A DNA stretch of 64,000 bases from the IMG/VR virus record IMGVR_UViG_3300021185_003284, positions 32,001-96,000 of that record; one strand, 5' to 3'. Origin of the DNA: a virus. Shown one piece after another: positions 9,250 through 19,703 of the stretch (its first letter is position 1; the number at the start of each line of letters is the position of its first letter). The notes below the pieces were generated by a model, which saw nothing but the letters and a program-made list of their open reading frames with translations, ran no database searches and was not told where the DNA came from. Made by a program: the position numbers and the translations under genes.

Positions 9250-10697
9250 TGGAAGAAAAATTAGGTTATATACCAAAGGATAAAAGAAAGAAGATACTAC
9301 TTTTATCTGATGATATCAGAATGCACTCAGGAGTTGCTACTATGTCGAGAGAGATTGTAGTAAAAACTGCTCATCACTTTAATTGGTTTCAATTAGGAGC
9401 AGCTTTAAAGCATCCAGAAGCAGGTAAGACATTTGATCTATCAGAAGATATAAATAAAAGAAGAGGTCTTAAAGATGCGGATATTAAAGTTCAACCTTAC
9501 AATGGATATGGAGATGCATTGAAAATACGTCAGCTACTCTTTACTGAAAAGCCAGATGCTATTTTTATATTTACTGACCCTAGATATTGGATATGGTTAT
9601 TTGAAATAGAAAGAGAGATAAGAAGTAAGATTCCTATTTTTTGGTTAAACATATGGGATGAGTATCCTGCTCCTATGTACAACAAACAGTATTATAATTC
9701 TGTTGATACTCTTATGGGTATATCTAAACAGACAGTTAATATTAATAAACTAGTATTAGGAGAAGAAGCTAAAGATAAGGTTATAGAGTATGTTCCTCAC
9801 GGAATAGATGAAGAGGCATTCTATCCTATTACTAAAGAACATCCATCTTGGGATAACTTTTCTAACTTTAGAAAAGACTTATTCGGAGAAAAAGAGATCG
9901 AGTATGTAGTTTTCTTTAACTCCAGAAATATTCAAAGGAAGCACCCAGGTGATACTATATTAGCTTATAAATACTTCTGTGATAAGATAGGACCTGAAAA
10001 AGCTAAGAAATGTGCTTTAGTAATGAAAGGAGAGATAAGTTCACCTCATGGTACAGATCTAAGAGCAGTAAGAGATGCTATATGTGATACAGAGTATGTT
10101 AATGTATTCTTTAACGAAGAGAGATTAACTCCAGAACAAATGAATATGTTATATAACGTAGCAGATGTTAATGTTTTAATGAGCTCTAATGAAGGATGGG
10201 GATTATCTTTAACTGAATCAATGATGTCAGGTACTATGATTATTCCTAACACTACTGGAGGTATGCAAGACCAATCTAGGTTCGAAGATGAAAATGGGAA
10301 GTGGATAGACTTTGATTCTGATTTTCCTTCTAACCATAGAGGTAAGTATAAAAAATGTGGAGAGTGGTCATTACCAGTCTTTCCTTCTAACTTAGCTCTT
10401 ATGGGGTCTCCTTTAACTCCTTATATATTTGACGATAGATGTAACTCAGAAGACGTAGCAGATAGAATGCTAGAGGCATATGAATTAGGTCAGGATGAAA
10501 GAAATAGAAGAGGCCTTAAAGGACGTGAGTGGGCTATGTCGGATGAAGCTAGTATGACAGCTGAGAAGATGGGCGATAGAATTATCGAAGTTATGGATAA
10601 AGGGTTTGATAGCTTTACTCCTAGAAGTGAATTCGATATTATTAAAGTAGAAAATTATGTTAAACCAAAAGTTACCCATAACTTGTTAGATTATTAA
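9249..10697 (+). CDS. Glycosyltransferase, GT-B/GT4-like
   Basis: SGVA, VPHGID, RNIQRK, EGWGLSLTESM motifs. Confidence 0.9.
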   Translation: MEEKLGYIPKDKRKKILLLSDDIRMHSGVATMSREIVVKTAHHFNWFQLGAALKHPEAGKTFDLSEDINKRRGLKDADIKVQPYNGYGDALKIRQLLFTEKPDAIFIFTDPRYWIWLFEIEREIRSKIPIFWLNIWDEYPAPMYNKQYYNSVDTLMGISKQTVNINKLVLGEEAKDKVIEYVPHGIDEEAFYPITKEHPSWDNFSNFRKDLFGEKEIEYVVFFNSRNIQRKHPGDTILAYKYFCDKIGPEKAKKCALVMKGEISSPHGTDLRAVRDAICDTEYVNVFFNEERLTPEQMNMLYNVADVNVLMSSNEGWGLSLTESMMSGTMIIPNTTGGMQDQSRFEDENGKWIDFDSDFPSNHRGKYKKCGEWSLPVFPSNLALMGSPLTPYIFDDRCNSEDVADRMLEAYELGQDERNRRGLKGREWAMSDEASMTAEKMGDRIIEVMDKGFDSFTPRSEFDIIKVENYVKPKVTHNLLDY

Positions 10698-10698
10698 T

Positions 10699-11958
10699 AT
10701 GAGTAAACCGTTATTTATTATAAGCGCTCCTGTAGATACCTATTCAGGATATGGAGCAAGATCAAGAGATATAGTTGATGCTATCATTGCAACAGATAGA
10801 TATGATGTAAAAATATTATCTCAACGATGGGGTAATACTAGATTTGGATATTTAGCTGATCATAAACGTCAAGATATGATTAAACTAATACTACCTCATG
10901 TAGTAAAGAAACCAGATTATTGGATGCAGATTACAGTACCTAATGAGTTTACTCCTGCAGGTAAATATAATATAGGTTGTACTGCTGGGATGGAAAATAC
11001 ATTAGTAGCCCCTCAATGGATTGAAGGTGTAAACAGAATGGACGTAGTATGGACATCATCAGAACATTCTAAGTTAGTATTTGAAGCAACTGCATATGAT
11101 ACTGAAGATAAGAAAACTAAAACGAAAGGACAGTTAAAATGTACTACACCTATAGAGGTAATATTTGAAGGAGTAGATACTACAAAGTACCTACCATCTC
11201 CAGGTGATAAGTTAGATTTATCTGATATACAAGAGCAGTTCTGTTATCTACTTGTTGGTCATTGGATGCAAGGAGACTTTGGAGAGGACAGAAAGAATGT
11301 AGGGTATACAATTAAAACTTTCTTAGAAACATTTAAAAATAAACCTAAGCAACCAGCATTAATATTAAAGACTTCTTTAGTTAATACATCTATATTAGAT
11401 AGAGATAGGTTACTACAGAGAATAGATGATATTAGAAAAACTGTAAAAGGTAAGTTACCCAACATTTATTTACTGCATGGAGAGCTTTCTGATGATAATA
11501 TAAACAATTTATATAATCACTCTAAGGTTAAAGTAATGGTAAGCCATACAAAAGGTGAAGGCTTTGGAAGACCTCTCTTAGAGTTTACTACTACAGGTAA
11601 ACCAGTTATAGCTTCCGGATGGTCAGGACAGGTAGACTTTTTAGATAAAGATAAAAGTATATTAATAGGAGGAACATTAGAGAATGTACATCAGTCGGCT
11701 ACGGTTAAAGATATGATACTTAAAGATGCGAAATGGTTTAAACCTAATGATGGAGAAACAGCTAGAGCATATAAAGAAACTTTTAAGCATTATAAGAAAT
11801 ACTTAATACCTGCTAAACAACAAAGAGCTAGAACTAATAAAGAGTTTACTCTAAATCATATGTTTACTTTAGTAGACAATAGACTAAAAGAATTACTTCC
11901 TGAGTTTCCTCAAGAGGTAGAATTGAAATTACCTGAATTAGAATTACCTAAATTATAG
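10699..11958 (+). CDS. Glycosyltransferase, GT-B/GT4-like
   Basis: SGYG, DRKN, KGEGFGRPLLE motifs. Confidence 0.9.
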   Translation: MSKPLFIISAPVDTYSGYGARSRDIVDAIIATDRYDVKILSQRWGNTRFGYLADHKRQDMIKLILPHVVKKPDYWMQITVPNEFTPAGKYNIGCTAGMENTLVAPQWIEGVNRMDVVWTSSEHSKLVFEATAYDTEDKKTKTKGQLKCTTPIEVIFEGVDTTKYLPSPGDKLDLSDIQEQFCYLLVGHWMQGDFGEDRKNVGYTIKTFLETFKNKPKQPALILKTSLVNTSILDRDRLLQRIDDIRKTVKGKLPNIYLLHGELSDDNINNLYNHSKVKVMVSHTKGEGFGRPLLEFTTTGKPVIASGWSGQVDFLDKDKSILIGGTLENVHQSATVKDMILKDAKWFKPNDGETARAYKETFKHYKKYLIPAKQQRARTNKEFTLNHMFTLVDNRLKELLPEFPQEVELKLPELELPKL

Positions 11959-11960
11959 TT

Positions 11961-12419
11961 ATGAATATAGAAAAAGATCAATTAGTAGAAGGTCCATTCG
12001 GGAGTAATGCTTGTTATGAGCAAAACTTCGAACAAGATGGACAACAGATAACAACTTGGTTATGTTTCGGAAGTGGGTTTACAACTTCAACTTTAATGAC
12101 AGAAGGATCTAAACCTGTAAAAGATTTAACTGAAACATCTCCTGAATTATATAAAGACTTAATGCATACTGATAAGAACGGTAGAGTTTGGTTCCCTGCT
12201 ACTATTACTCTTCCGGAAAAAGGAATGGTGTTTGTGGACGGTAAAACAACTAAAGACTGGAAATGGTCATCAGTAAATGCGATCAAGTTGACAGAAGAAG
12301 AACTTAGTAGCGGTAAGTTCCCTAAAGGACAAGAGTGGAAGATGGATATGGCAAACGCTAAGTTATATGATCAAAGAGACTTTATGGATGCTTTAGAAAC
12401 TATAGGGTTCTATAATTAG
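11961..12419 (+). CDS. Hypothetical protein
   Basis: ORF in operon, no recognisable motif. Confidence 0.7.
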   Translation: MNIEKDQLVEGPFGSNACYEQNFEQDGQQITTWLCFGSGFTTSTLMTEGSKPVKDLTETSPELYKDLMHTDKNGRVWFPATITLPEKGMVFVDGKTTKDWKWSSVNAIKLTEEELSSGKFPKGQEWKMDMANAKLYDQRDFMDALETIGFYN

Positions 12420-12422
12420 AAT

Positions 12423-13034
12423 ATGAAAATAAGTTATGCTATTACAGTTTGTAATGAGGTTAAAGAGATTAAGAAACTCATTTCTATTCTTCTTGAAAGT
12501 AAAAGAGAAGATGATGAAGTAGTAGTACTCTTTGATAAACAGAACGGTACGGCTGAGGTCTGGTCTTATTTACAAGACCAAGATGTAATATGTGAAGCTA
12601 AGTCTTTTAAGAATCATTTTGCAGACTGGAAGAACTACTTAACAGGTATGTGCTCAGGAGATTATATCTTTCAAATAGATGCAGATGAATTTCCTCACAA
12701 GTCACTCTTAACTGCTCTTCCAGTCATCTTAGGATCAAATCCTGATAACGAAGTATATTTAGTTCCTAGAGTTAATACTGTAAATGGTTTAACAGAAGAG
12801 CATAGAGCTAAATGGAATTGGAGAGTAGATGAGAACGGATGGGTAAACTATCCAGACTATCAATGGAGATTATGGAAGAATAAATCAGAGATTAAATGGG
12901 TAAATAAAGTACATGAAGTATTAGAAGGTTTTAAAACTTATGCTCCATTACCTCCTAAAGAAGAATTATCTTTATATCATCCAAAAGAGATAAAAAGACA
13001 AGAGAAACAAAATGCTTATTACGACACACTATGA
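12423..13034 (+). CDS. Glycosyltransferase family 2
   Basis: ITVCNE, FQIDADE (DXD), YPDYQ.R, VHE. Confidence 0.9.
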   Translation: MKISYAITVCNEVKEIKKLISILLESKREDDEVVVLFDKQNGTAEVWSYLQDQDVICEAKSFKNHFADWKNYLTGMCSGDYIFQIDADEFPHKSLLTALPVILGSNPDNEVYLVPRVNTVNGLTEEHRAKWNWRVDENGWVNYPDYQWRLWKNKSEIKWVNKVHEVLEGFKTYAPLPPKEELSLYHPKEIKRQEKQNAYYDTL

Positions 13035-13459
13035 TATATTGGTTTACAGGACAGCCTTGTGCAGGTAAGACAACATTAGCAGATTTATTAAAGAAAGAAA
13101 AGCCTGGTGCTTTTAGAATCGATGGTGACGATATGAGAGAGTTATTTTCTAATAAAGATTATTCTGCTAAAGGTAGAATAGATAATGTAGGAACAGCTCA
13201 ACGTATTGCTCACTACCTACACAATCAAGGTAGAGATGTAATTGTATCATTAGTATCTCCTTATGTTGATCAAAGAGAAGAATTTAAAACTCTCTTAGGT
13301 GATAATATAAAAGAGATATATGTACATACAACAGAACCAAGAGAAAGAGATCATTTTAAAGCTATAGCTTATACTCCACCTCTTGAGAACTATATAGATA
13401 TTGACACAACAAAAGATTCAATCAATGAATCATTCGAAAAAATATTAAATGAAATATAG
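13031..13459 (+). CDS. cysC: Adenylylsulfate (APS) kinase
   Basis: WFTGQPCAGKTT P-loop, IDGDDMR, IVSLVSPY. Confidence 0.85.
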   Translation: MIYWFTGQPCAGKTTLADLLKKEKPGAFRIDGDDMRELFSNKDYSAKGRIDNVGTAQRIAHYLHNQGRDVIVSLVSPYVDQREEFKTLLGDNIKEIYVHTTEPRERDHFKAIAYTPPLENYIDIDTTKDSINESFEKILNEI

Positions 13460-13799
13460 TTTATTTATAGGTAGATGGCAACCATGGCATTCAGGCCACA
13501 GATGGTTAATAGATCAAAGATTAAAAGAAGGTAAAAAAGTTTGGATAGCAATTAGAGATGTAGAACCAAACGAAAAACAACCTTGGACTCCTCAAGAAGT
13601 TTTAATGAATCTCTCTAATGAATTAGCAGATCTTTTAGAAGAGGGCAGTATAAAAATTACAATAGTACCTGATATAGAATCTATCAATTACGGTAGAGGT
13701 GTAGGGTATGAAATTATAGAACATGTACCTCCTCAGAATGTTGAAGAAATATCAGCTACAAAGATTAGAGAACAAATGAGGAAAGATGGCAAGTTATAA
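13449..13799 (+). CDS. HxGH nucleotidyltransferase (cytidylyltransferase-like; possible minimal ATP sulfurylase)
   Basis: GRWQPWHSGH and ISATKIR motifs; adjacent to cysC. Confidence 0.75.
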   Translation: MKYSLFIGRWQPWHSGHRWLIDQRLKEGKKVWIAIRDVEPNEKQPWTPQEVLMNLSNELADLLEEGSIKITIVPDIESINYGRGVGYEIIEHVPPQNVEEISATKIREQMRKDGKL

Positions 13800-13983
13800 A
13801 AGTACTTTAATAAAGACTCTCATATGGAGAGTAATAGCAACTAGTATAACTTTTCTAGTCGGCTGGGTAGTTTCAGGTAATTGGAGATTTGGTTTAGTTA
13901 TAGGAAGTATAGATACAGTTTTAAAGACTATAGGTTACTTTAGTTTTGAAAGACTCTGGATTAAATATAAAGGTAATGATTAA
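13786..13983 (+). CDS. DUF2061-like small membrane protein
   Basis: 'KTLIWRVIAT...YFSFERLW'. Confidence 0.7.
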   Translation: MASYKSTLIKTLIWRVIATSITFLVGWVVSGNWRFGLVIGSIDTVLKTIGYFSFERLWIKYKGND

Positions 13984-14134
13984 AATAAATGTTAAGGTCG
14001 GCGATACTATTATGGTAGGTCGATTTAAGAATAAGAGAGTAAAAGTTAAGAGTATAGAATATGATGAATTTGGTATGCCAATGATAAATGGTAAACCCGG
14101 ATGTAATTTTAGGTTAGTACCTAACCCAAGATAA
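13976..14134 (+). CDS. Small hypothetical protein
   Basis: MIKINVKVGDTIMVGRFKNK; ATG overlapping previous stop region. Confidence 0.6.
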   Translation: MIKINVKVGDTIMVGRFKNKRVKVKSIEYDEFGMPMINGKPGCNFRLVPNPR

Positions 14135-14154
14135 ATTACAACCTATTTATATAC

Positions 14155-14697
14155 ATGGCAATGATACAAACTTTAGAGACAAACCAGCAATACGTAGGAA
14201 AAACAGTCGTATTAGGTTGCATTAACTATTCGATTACAGATTTACTACTCACTAACATGAATAGCGGTAATCTTGTAAAGAGAGATGTAGACTTTTACCT
14301 TCCTGTCAATACTCAAGGTTGGCAAAAATGGTACGATAGTCATATATCGTTACAAAATGATACTGGAGTAAAATCATCATTCATTAAAAAGAAAGACATA
14401 TACAGTATTGACTATAGTGATACAGGAAATATAGGAATAGCTATAGTAGAAGCACCAGATGTTGATTATGCTATTAAACTTATTAATAAAATAACTCCCA
14501 GCATTAAAGAATCTGGATTAATAATTGTTCCCTATAAACCTCTACACAGAATTCAATTTGTATCAAAAATAAATTCTGAATTTGATGCACAATATCTTGT
14601 CCATCTGGAAAATTATTCTTATATTAATTTTATCAAAGGTAAGGTACCTTTAAATAAGAATAAAAAGATTAGCAGGAGTAGATCGATACTCACTTAA
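14155..14697 (+). CDS. Hypothetical protein, possibly degenerate Rossmann methyltransferase fold
   Basis: VVLGC near N-terminus and 'IKESGLII' near C-terminus. Confidence 0.4.
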   Translation: MAMIQTLETNQQYVGKTVVLGCINYSITDLLLTNMNSGNLVKRDVDFYLPVNTQGWQKWYDSHISLQNDTGVKSSFIKKKDIYSIDYSDTGNIGIAIVEAPDVDYAIKLINKITPSIKESGLIIVPYKPLHRIQFVSKINSEFDAQYLVHLENYSYINFIKGKVPLNKNKKISRSRSILT

Positions 14698-14716
14698 ATT
14701 TACAGGTTAAAAAGTT

Positions 14717-15547
14717 ATGAAAAGAAAAGTAGGAGTTATAGGTAATGGTTTCGTAGGTGAAGCTATTTCATTTGCATTTTCCCCAACTACAGACTTAAGA
14801 GTATACGATATTGATCCTTTAAGGTCAACTCATACGAAAGAAGAAATAGACGAATGTGAGTTTATATTTGTCTGTGTTCCTACTCCGATGTTTAGAGACG
14901 GTACTCAAGATTTAAGTTATATAGAAAAAGTATTTGAAGATGCAGTAGACGGGCCTGTATACATAATAAAATCTACGGTTCTACCCGGTACTACTAACAC
15001 CTTATGTAGTAAGTTCCCAACATTAAGTATTATATTTAATCCTGAATTTCTTACTGAGAGAACCGCTAAGTTAGATATGCTTACTCAAGCTAGAATTATA
15101 CTAGGAGGTAGGAAAGATCTTACTATGCGAACTAAAGAGCTTTATGAAGAGAGGTTTATGAATAGACATATTATAGAAACTGACTCTGCAACAGCTGAAT
15201 TAACTAAATATATGAACAATACTTATTTTGCTACTAAAGTTAGTATAATGAATGAGTTCAAAAGACTATCAGATAAATTAGGAACCAATTGGCCAGATGC
15301 TTTATATGGTTTCGCTTCTGATCATAGAATAGGAGACAGTCATTTGCATGTTCCTGGACCAGACGGTAAGCATGGCTACGGAGGTACTTGTTTTCCTAAA
15401 GATGTAAACGCATTAATTAAGTTAGGTAATAAATTAGATACTCCTATGCATACTATAGAGGCAGGATGGAAAACTAACTTAGAAGTAAGACCAGAAAAAG
15501 ATTGGGAATCAAAATTAGGAAGAGCAGTTAGCGATGATAAAAAATAG
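14717..15547 (+). CDS. UDP-glucose/GDP-mannose dehydrogenase family protein
   Basis: GVIGNGFVG, FVCVPTP, IKSTVLPGT, NPEFL, GYGGTCFPKD. Confidence 0.9.
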   Translation: MKRKVGVIGNGFVGEAISFAFSPTTDLRVYDIDPLRSTHTKEEIDECEFIFVCVPTPMFRDGTQDLSYIEKVFEDAVDGPVYIIKSTVLPGTTNTLCSKFPTLSIIFNPEFLTERTAKLDMLTQARIILGGRKDLTMRTKELYEERFMNRHIIETDSATAELTKYMNNTYFATKVSIMNEFKRLSDKLGTNWPDALYGFASDHRIGDSHLHVPGPDGKHGYGGTCFPKDVNALIKLGNKLDTPMHTIEAGWKTNLEVRPEKDWESKLGRAVSDDKK

Positions 15548-16223
15548 TTTTAGAGAAGATATAGAATTTCTTTATACCAGATTAAGCAATAAAGATAAGT
15601 TTAGCTTCAGCAAATATGCTGATGGTGAATTTGCTATATTGGCAAATCAGAATATTACTAACGTTGACAATTGGACTTTCGATAACACTAAGCATGATTA
15701 TGTTAGAGACCAATTAATAGAATCATTTAAATTTAATGATCCAGATTACTACGTAGGAGTTAGTTGTGTATGCTGTCAACCTGTTAATCATGTTATGTGG
15801 ATGAGAGAACAATCACAACAAGATAAGTTAACTTGGGCAAATATATTTGTTAACAGCAATTATCCATATTTTGTAGATAAGTTTATACCTGAATTTAGTA
15901 ATCATAAAGTAATACTATTTGCTAGAGATGATGCAAGGTATACAGAATTACCATTTGCTGTAGATCAATTCGTACCTATCACATCAGAAGCAATGATAGA
16001 TAACTTTGAGTTAGTAAACGAATTTCCAGTAGAAAGCTATAAAGATTACTTATTTCTATTTTGTGCTGGTCCACTAGGTAATATGTTAGCAGCTAAATTC
16101 TGGGAGAAAAATAAAACTAATACTTATCTTGATATAGGATCTACACTCAATCCTTATTTAACTGAAACTAATAGAAGCTATCTAAGAGGAGGAGCTACAG
16201 AATTAAAAACTTGCATATGGTAG
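15534..16223 (+). CDS. Putative GT-D-fold (DUF1792-like) glycosyltransferase
   Basis: FSKYADGE, LFCAGP, LDIGS motifs. Confidence 0.6.
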   Translation: MIKNSFREDIEFLYTRLSNKDKFSFSKYADGEFAILANQNITNVDNWTFDNTKHDYVRDQLIESFKFNDPDYYVGVSCVCCQPVNHVMWMREQSQQDKLTWANIFVNSNYPYFVDKFIPEFSNHKVILFARDDARYTELPFAVDQFVPITSEAMIDNFELVNEFPVESYKDYLFLFCAGPLGNMLAAKFWEKNKTNTYLDIGSTLNPYLTETNRSYLRGGATELKTCIW

Positions 16224-17224
16224 TAGGTAAAGAATTATTAATATGTTTTGGAACTAGACCTGAATGGTTAAAAGTTAAGCCATTACTTAAGGAGATAAGT
16301 AACTACAAATTGTTATTTACTGGTCAACATAAAGACTTATTAAAAGATATTAAAGTAGATTATAGAATCGAAATAGGAGATCAAACTAATAGATTAGATC
16401 AAATCATAAGCGATTGCTTAACCCAGTTCCCAGAAGGAGACTTCGATGTATTAGTTCATGGAGATACTGTATCAGCATTTGCTTGTGCTTTAGCAGCATT
16501 TAGTAGAAAATTAAAGATTATACATTTAGAGGCTGGCTTAAGGTCTTATGACTTAAAGCAACCTTATCCTGAAGAAGGATATAGACAGATGATATCTAGA
16601 ATAGCTGATATAAACTTTCCACCGACTTCTATTTCAGCACAGAATTTATTCAATGAAAAGACAGATGGAATGTCATATGTAGTTGGTAATTCAGTATTAG
16701 ATAATCTTATTGAATATAAAGATGATTGTGAGTATACTGATAAAGTATTAGTTACATTACATAGATGGGAGAATCACCATTGGATGGATGAATGGTTTAC
16801 AGAACTAAATAAAGTAGCTGAGAAGTATTCAAATATTGAATTTACTATTCCTCTTCATCATAACCCAGCTGTAAGAAAACATAAACATTTACTAACAAAT
16901 GTTAATATAGTTCCAGCATTACCTCATGATGAAATGTTAAAGCTTATGTCTAAATGTAAGTTTATTATTTCTGATAGTGGGGGCTTACAAGAAGAAGGAG
17001 CATTTTTAAATAAGAAAGTAATTGTATGTAGAGACGTAACTGAAAGACCAGAAGGTATTTATACAGGTCACTTAACATTATGTAAGACTCCTTCTGATTT
17101 AATGGACATAGTAGACAGAATAAATAGAGATTATATTATAAAAAAAGACTCACCTTACGGTAAAGGTGATACAGCTAAAAGAGTTAAACGAATATTATAT
17201 GGCGAAGATAACAGTAATACTTAA
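16217..17224 (+). CDS. wecB: UDP-N-acetylglucosamine 2-epimerase (non-hydrolysing)
   Basis: GTRPE, TGQH, HGDT, HLEAGLRS, PEE, SDSGGLQEE, TERPEG. Confidence 0.92.
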   Translation: MVVGKELLICFGTRPEWLKVKPLLKEISNYKLLFTGQHKDLLKDIKVDYRIEIGDQTNRLDQIISDCLTQFPEGDFDVLVHGDTVSAFACALAAFSRKLKIIHLEAGLRSYDLKQPYPEEGYRQMISRIADINFPPTSISAQNLFNEKTDGMSYVVGNSVLDNLIEYKDDCEYTDKVLVTLHRWENHHWMDEWFTELNKVAEKYSNIEFTIPLHHNPAVRKHKHLLTNVNIVPALPHDEMLKLMSKCKFIISDSGGLQEEGAFLNKKVIVCRDVTERPEGIYTGHLTLCKTPSDLMDIVDRINRDYIIKKDSPYGKGDTAKRVKRILYGEDNSNT

Positions 17225-17924
17225 TTGCTATAAAAGAGCAGAGTACCTTAAAGAGCAGATAGAAGCTGTAACAGGTCAATCAATTCCACCAGAGGATATA
17301 ATGATTTGGTCTAATAAACCTGAAGAAGGTCAGCAATTTAATCTAGATGAATTAGGAGTAAAGGTAGCTTATAGCAATACTAATTTAAAGTTTCATGCTA
17401 GGTTTGCATATGGCTTACTTGCTAAATCTGAGTATGTAGCATTCTTTGATGACGATACAATACCAGGTAAAGATTGGTTTAAGAATTGCCTTGCTTGTAT
17501 GAAACATGGAAATTATATTTTAGGAACTTCAGGAGTAAGGTTAGAAAGTGAGAATTATGACCCTAATAAAAAGGTAGGATGGAATGGAGTTCTAAGCAAT
17601 AAGTTGGAATTAGTTGATTTAGTAGGACATGCCTGGTTTATGAAAAGAGATACGTTAAAGTACCTTTGGCAAGAAGATCCTATTTCATGGGAGAACGGAG
17701 AAGATATACAACTTTCAGCTTTTGCTTATTTACATGGAGGTATTGAAACAGCAGTACCACCGCATCCTGAAGGTAAAGAACACTTATGGGGTAGCATAAA
17801 TGGGTATAAAAAAGGAAATGACCAAAATGCTTCTCATTGGAAGAGCAATCATGCTCCTTTACGTAACGAAATTTGTAGTAAACTATCTGATAAAGGGTAT
17901 AAAAGAGTAATGAAAAGAAAATGA
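17199..17924 (+). CDS. Glycosyltransferase, GT-A/GT2-like
   Basis: ITVILNCYKR, FFDDD, GEDI. Confidence 0.8.
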   Translation: MAKITVILNCYKRAEYLKEQIEAVTGQSIPPEDIMIWSNKPEEGQQFNLDELGVKVAYSNTNLKFHARFAYGLLAKSEYVAFFDDDTIPGKDWFKNCLACMKHGNYILGTSGVRLESENYDPNKKVGWNGVLSNKLELVDLVGHAWFMKRDTLKYLWQEDPISWENGEDIQLSAFAYLHGGIETAVPPHPEGKEHLWGSINGYKKGNDQNASHWKSNHAPLRNEICSKLSDKGYKRVMKRK

Positions 17925-18769
17925 AAAAAATACTAGTAACAGGAGGAGCAGGCTTTGTAGGATCTAATTTAATTAAGTTACTATTAGAAAAAGGTCATAA
18001 GGTAACTTCTTTAGATAATTATGATTCCGGAACAATGAAGAATCATCACCAAGGAGCAGATTATATTCCCGGTGATATAGAATTGATTAATACTTTAGAT
18101 AAGGACTTTGATATAATTTATCACTGTGCAGCTTTATCTAGAATACAACCTTCATTCAATAACCCAGATGAGACTTATAGAGTTAATACCTTAGGTACTC
18201 AGAAAGTATGTGAGTTTGCTAGAAAGAATGGTATAAAGGTAGTTTATGCTGGTTCATCCTCAAAGCATCATGATCCATATCAATCTCCTTATGCTGCTTG
18301 TAAGTATATGGGTGAAGAAGTATGTAAGATGTATAAGAAGACTTACGGTATGGACATAGAGATAGCTAGATTTTATAACGTATACGGTCCAGGAGAGATA
18401 GTTTACGGTGATTGGGCAGCAGTAATAGGAATATGGAGACGTCAATCAGAAGCTAAAGAACCTATAACTATAGTTGGTGATGGAGAACAAAAGAGAGATT
18501 TTACTCATGTCGAAGATATAGTAGAAGGTTTATTTAGAATAGGATTTAAATTAGAAGTGCATGAAGATGCATGGGAGTTAGGAACAGGTATTAATTACTC
18601 TATTAATGATGTTTACTTAATGTTTAAAGAAAAGTTTGGAACAGACTATAAATACATTCCAGATCAAAATGGTAATTATAGAGAAACGTTAAGAGAAAAT
18701 AATGATGCTTTATTAAGATTAGGTTGGAAACCTGAAGATAAATTACTATCTTATATCAATAGCTTATGA
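17921..18769 (+). CDS. NAD-dependent sugar epimerase/dehydratase (extended SDR)
   Basis: GGAGFVG, YAACK (YxxxK), RFYNVYGP, RDFTHV. Confidence 0.92.
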   Translation: MKKILVTGGAGFVGSNLIKLLLEKGHKVTSLDNYDSGTMKNHHQGADYIPGDIELINTLDKDFDIIYHCAALSRIQPSFNNPDETYRVNTLGTQKVCEFARKNGIKVVYAGSSSKHHDPYQSPYAACKYMGEEVCKMYKKTYGMDIEIARFYNVYGPGEIVYGDWAAVIGIWRRQSEAKEPITIVGDGEQKRDFTHVEDIVEGLFRIGFKLEVHEDAWELGTGINYSINDVYLMFKEKFGTDYKYIPDQNGNYRETLRENNDALLRLGWKPEDKLLSYINSL

Positions 18770-19515
18770 AACTAGTAGTATACACAGCACTGTTTGCAGA
18801 TGAATCACTACCTTTAGAAGAGGTAGGAAGATTCTTTCCGTTTACTCATGAAAGAGGAGATGTTAAGTATATAGCTTTTACAAACAGAGAAGATTTAAAA
18901 TCAGATTTCTGGGATGTTAAAGTTTTAAAGAAAGATAAAGACAAGTCTTTTAGAATGATGTCAAGATTTCTTAAATGGAATCCATCTAAAGCTAAGTTAC
19001 CGAAACATACTCATAGTCTCTGGATGGACTCTCAATGTTATTTTAAATTTGAACCAAAGGCTATTGTAGATCATTATTTAAAAGATAACAAACATACAGC
19101 TATCCATCACCATACAGATCTAAGAAGTATATATGTAGAAGGAATGGTTACATCGTATGCTTATATGAATGATAAACCTTCTATAGTAAACAGACAGTTA
19201 GAAAGGTATCATGAGAATGGAATGCCATATCAATACGATCATTTCGAAACTGGAGTACTAATTAGAAAAAATAATAAAGACGCAAATGAATTTTCAAAAG
19301 AAGTTTATACTGAGCTTACAACTGATAGTATTAGAGATCAGATATCAACTCCATATATTGTTTGGAATAGAAGAGAAAAAGGAGACAAAGGAATACTAAC
19401 TATAACAGAATCTTTTACAGCACACAAAGGTCAGTTACCTTTAGAGAAATCTAAAATATTTTTTACTGAACCTAAGCCAAGTGATAAGTTAAAAGAGGAT
19501 TTAACAAAAAGATAA
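18766..19515 (+). CDS. DUF616-like glycosyltransferase
   Basis: VVYTA, SLWMDS, RDQIS motifs. Confidence 0.65.
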   Translation: MKLVVYTALFADESLPLEEVGRFFPFTHERGDVKYIAFTNREDLKSDFWDVKVLKKDKDKSFRMMSRFLKWNPSKAKLPKHTHSLWMDSQCYFKFEPKAIVDHYLKDNKHTAIHHHTDLRSIYVEGMVTSYAYMNDKPSIVNRQLERYHENGMPYQYDHFETGVLIRKNNKDANEFSKEVYTELTTDSIRDQISTPYIVWNRREKGDKGILTITESFTAHKGQLPLEKSKIFFTEPKPSDKLKEDLTKR

Positions 19516-19516
19516 T

Positions 19517-19690
19517 ATGAAAAAGTATATTGTAGAATTTAACTTATTAGATGGTACATCTGAAGAAATAGAGTTTGTAACTGACAAAATTGATTGGAGT
19601 ATAGAGCAATGGGGACGCAATAGAGCAGTAAGAAGTTACCAAATAATTCAAGAAGGTTCATCAAATACTAAAAGAATGTTATTAGACTAA
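19517..19690 (+). CDS. Small hypothetical protein (57 aa, not in ORF track)
   Basis: Hand translation MKKYIVEFNLLDG...KRMLLD*; fills the intergenic gap. Confidence 0.6.
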   Translation: MKKYIVEFNLLDGTSEEIEFVTDKIDWSIEQWGRNRAVRSYQIIQEGSSNTKRMLLD

Positions 19691-19703
19691 CTATTTATTA
19701 AAT

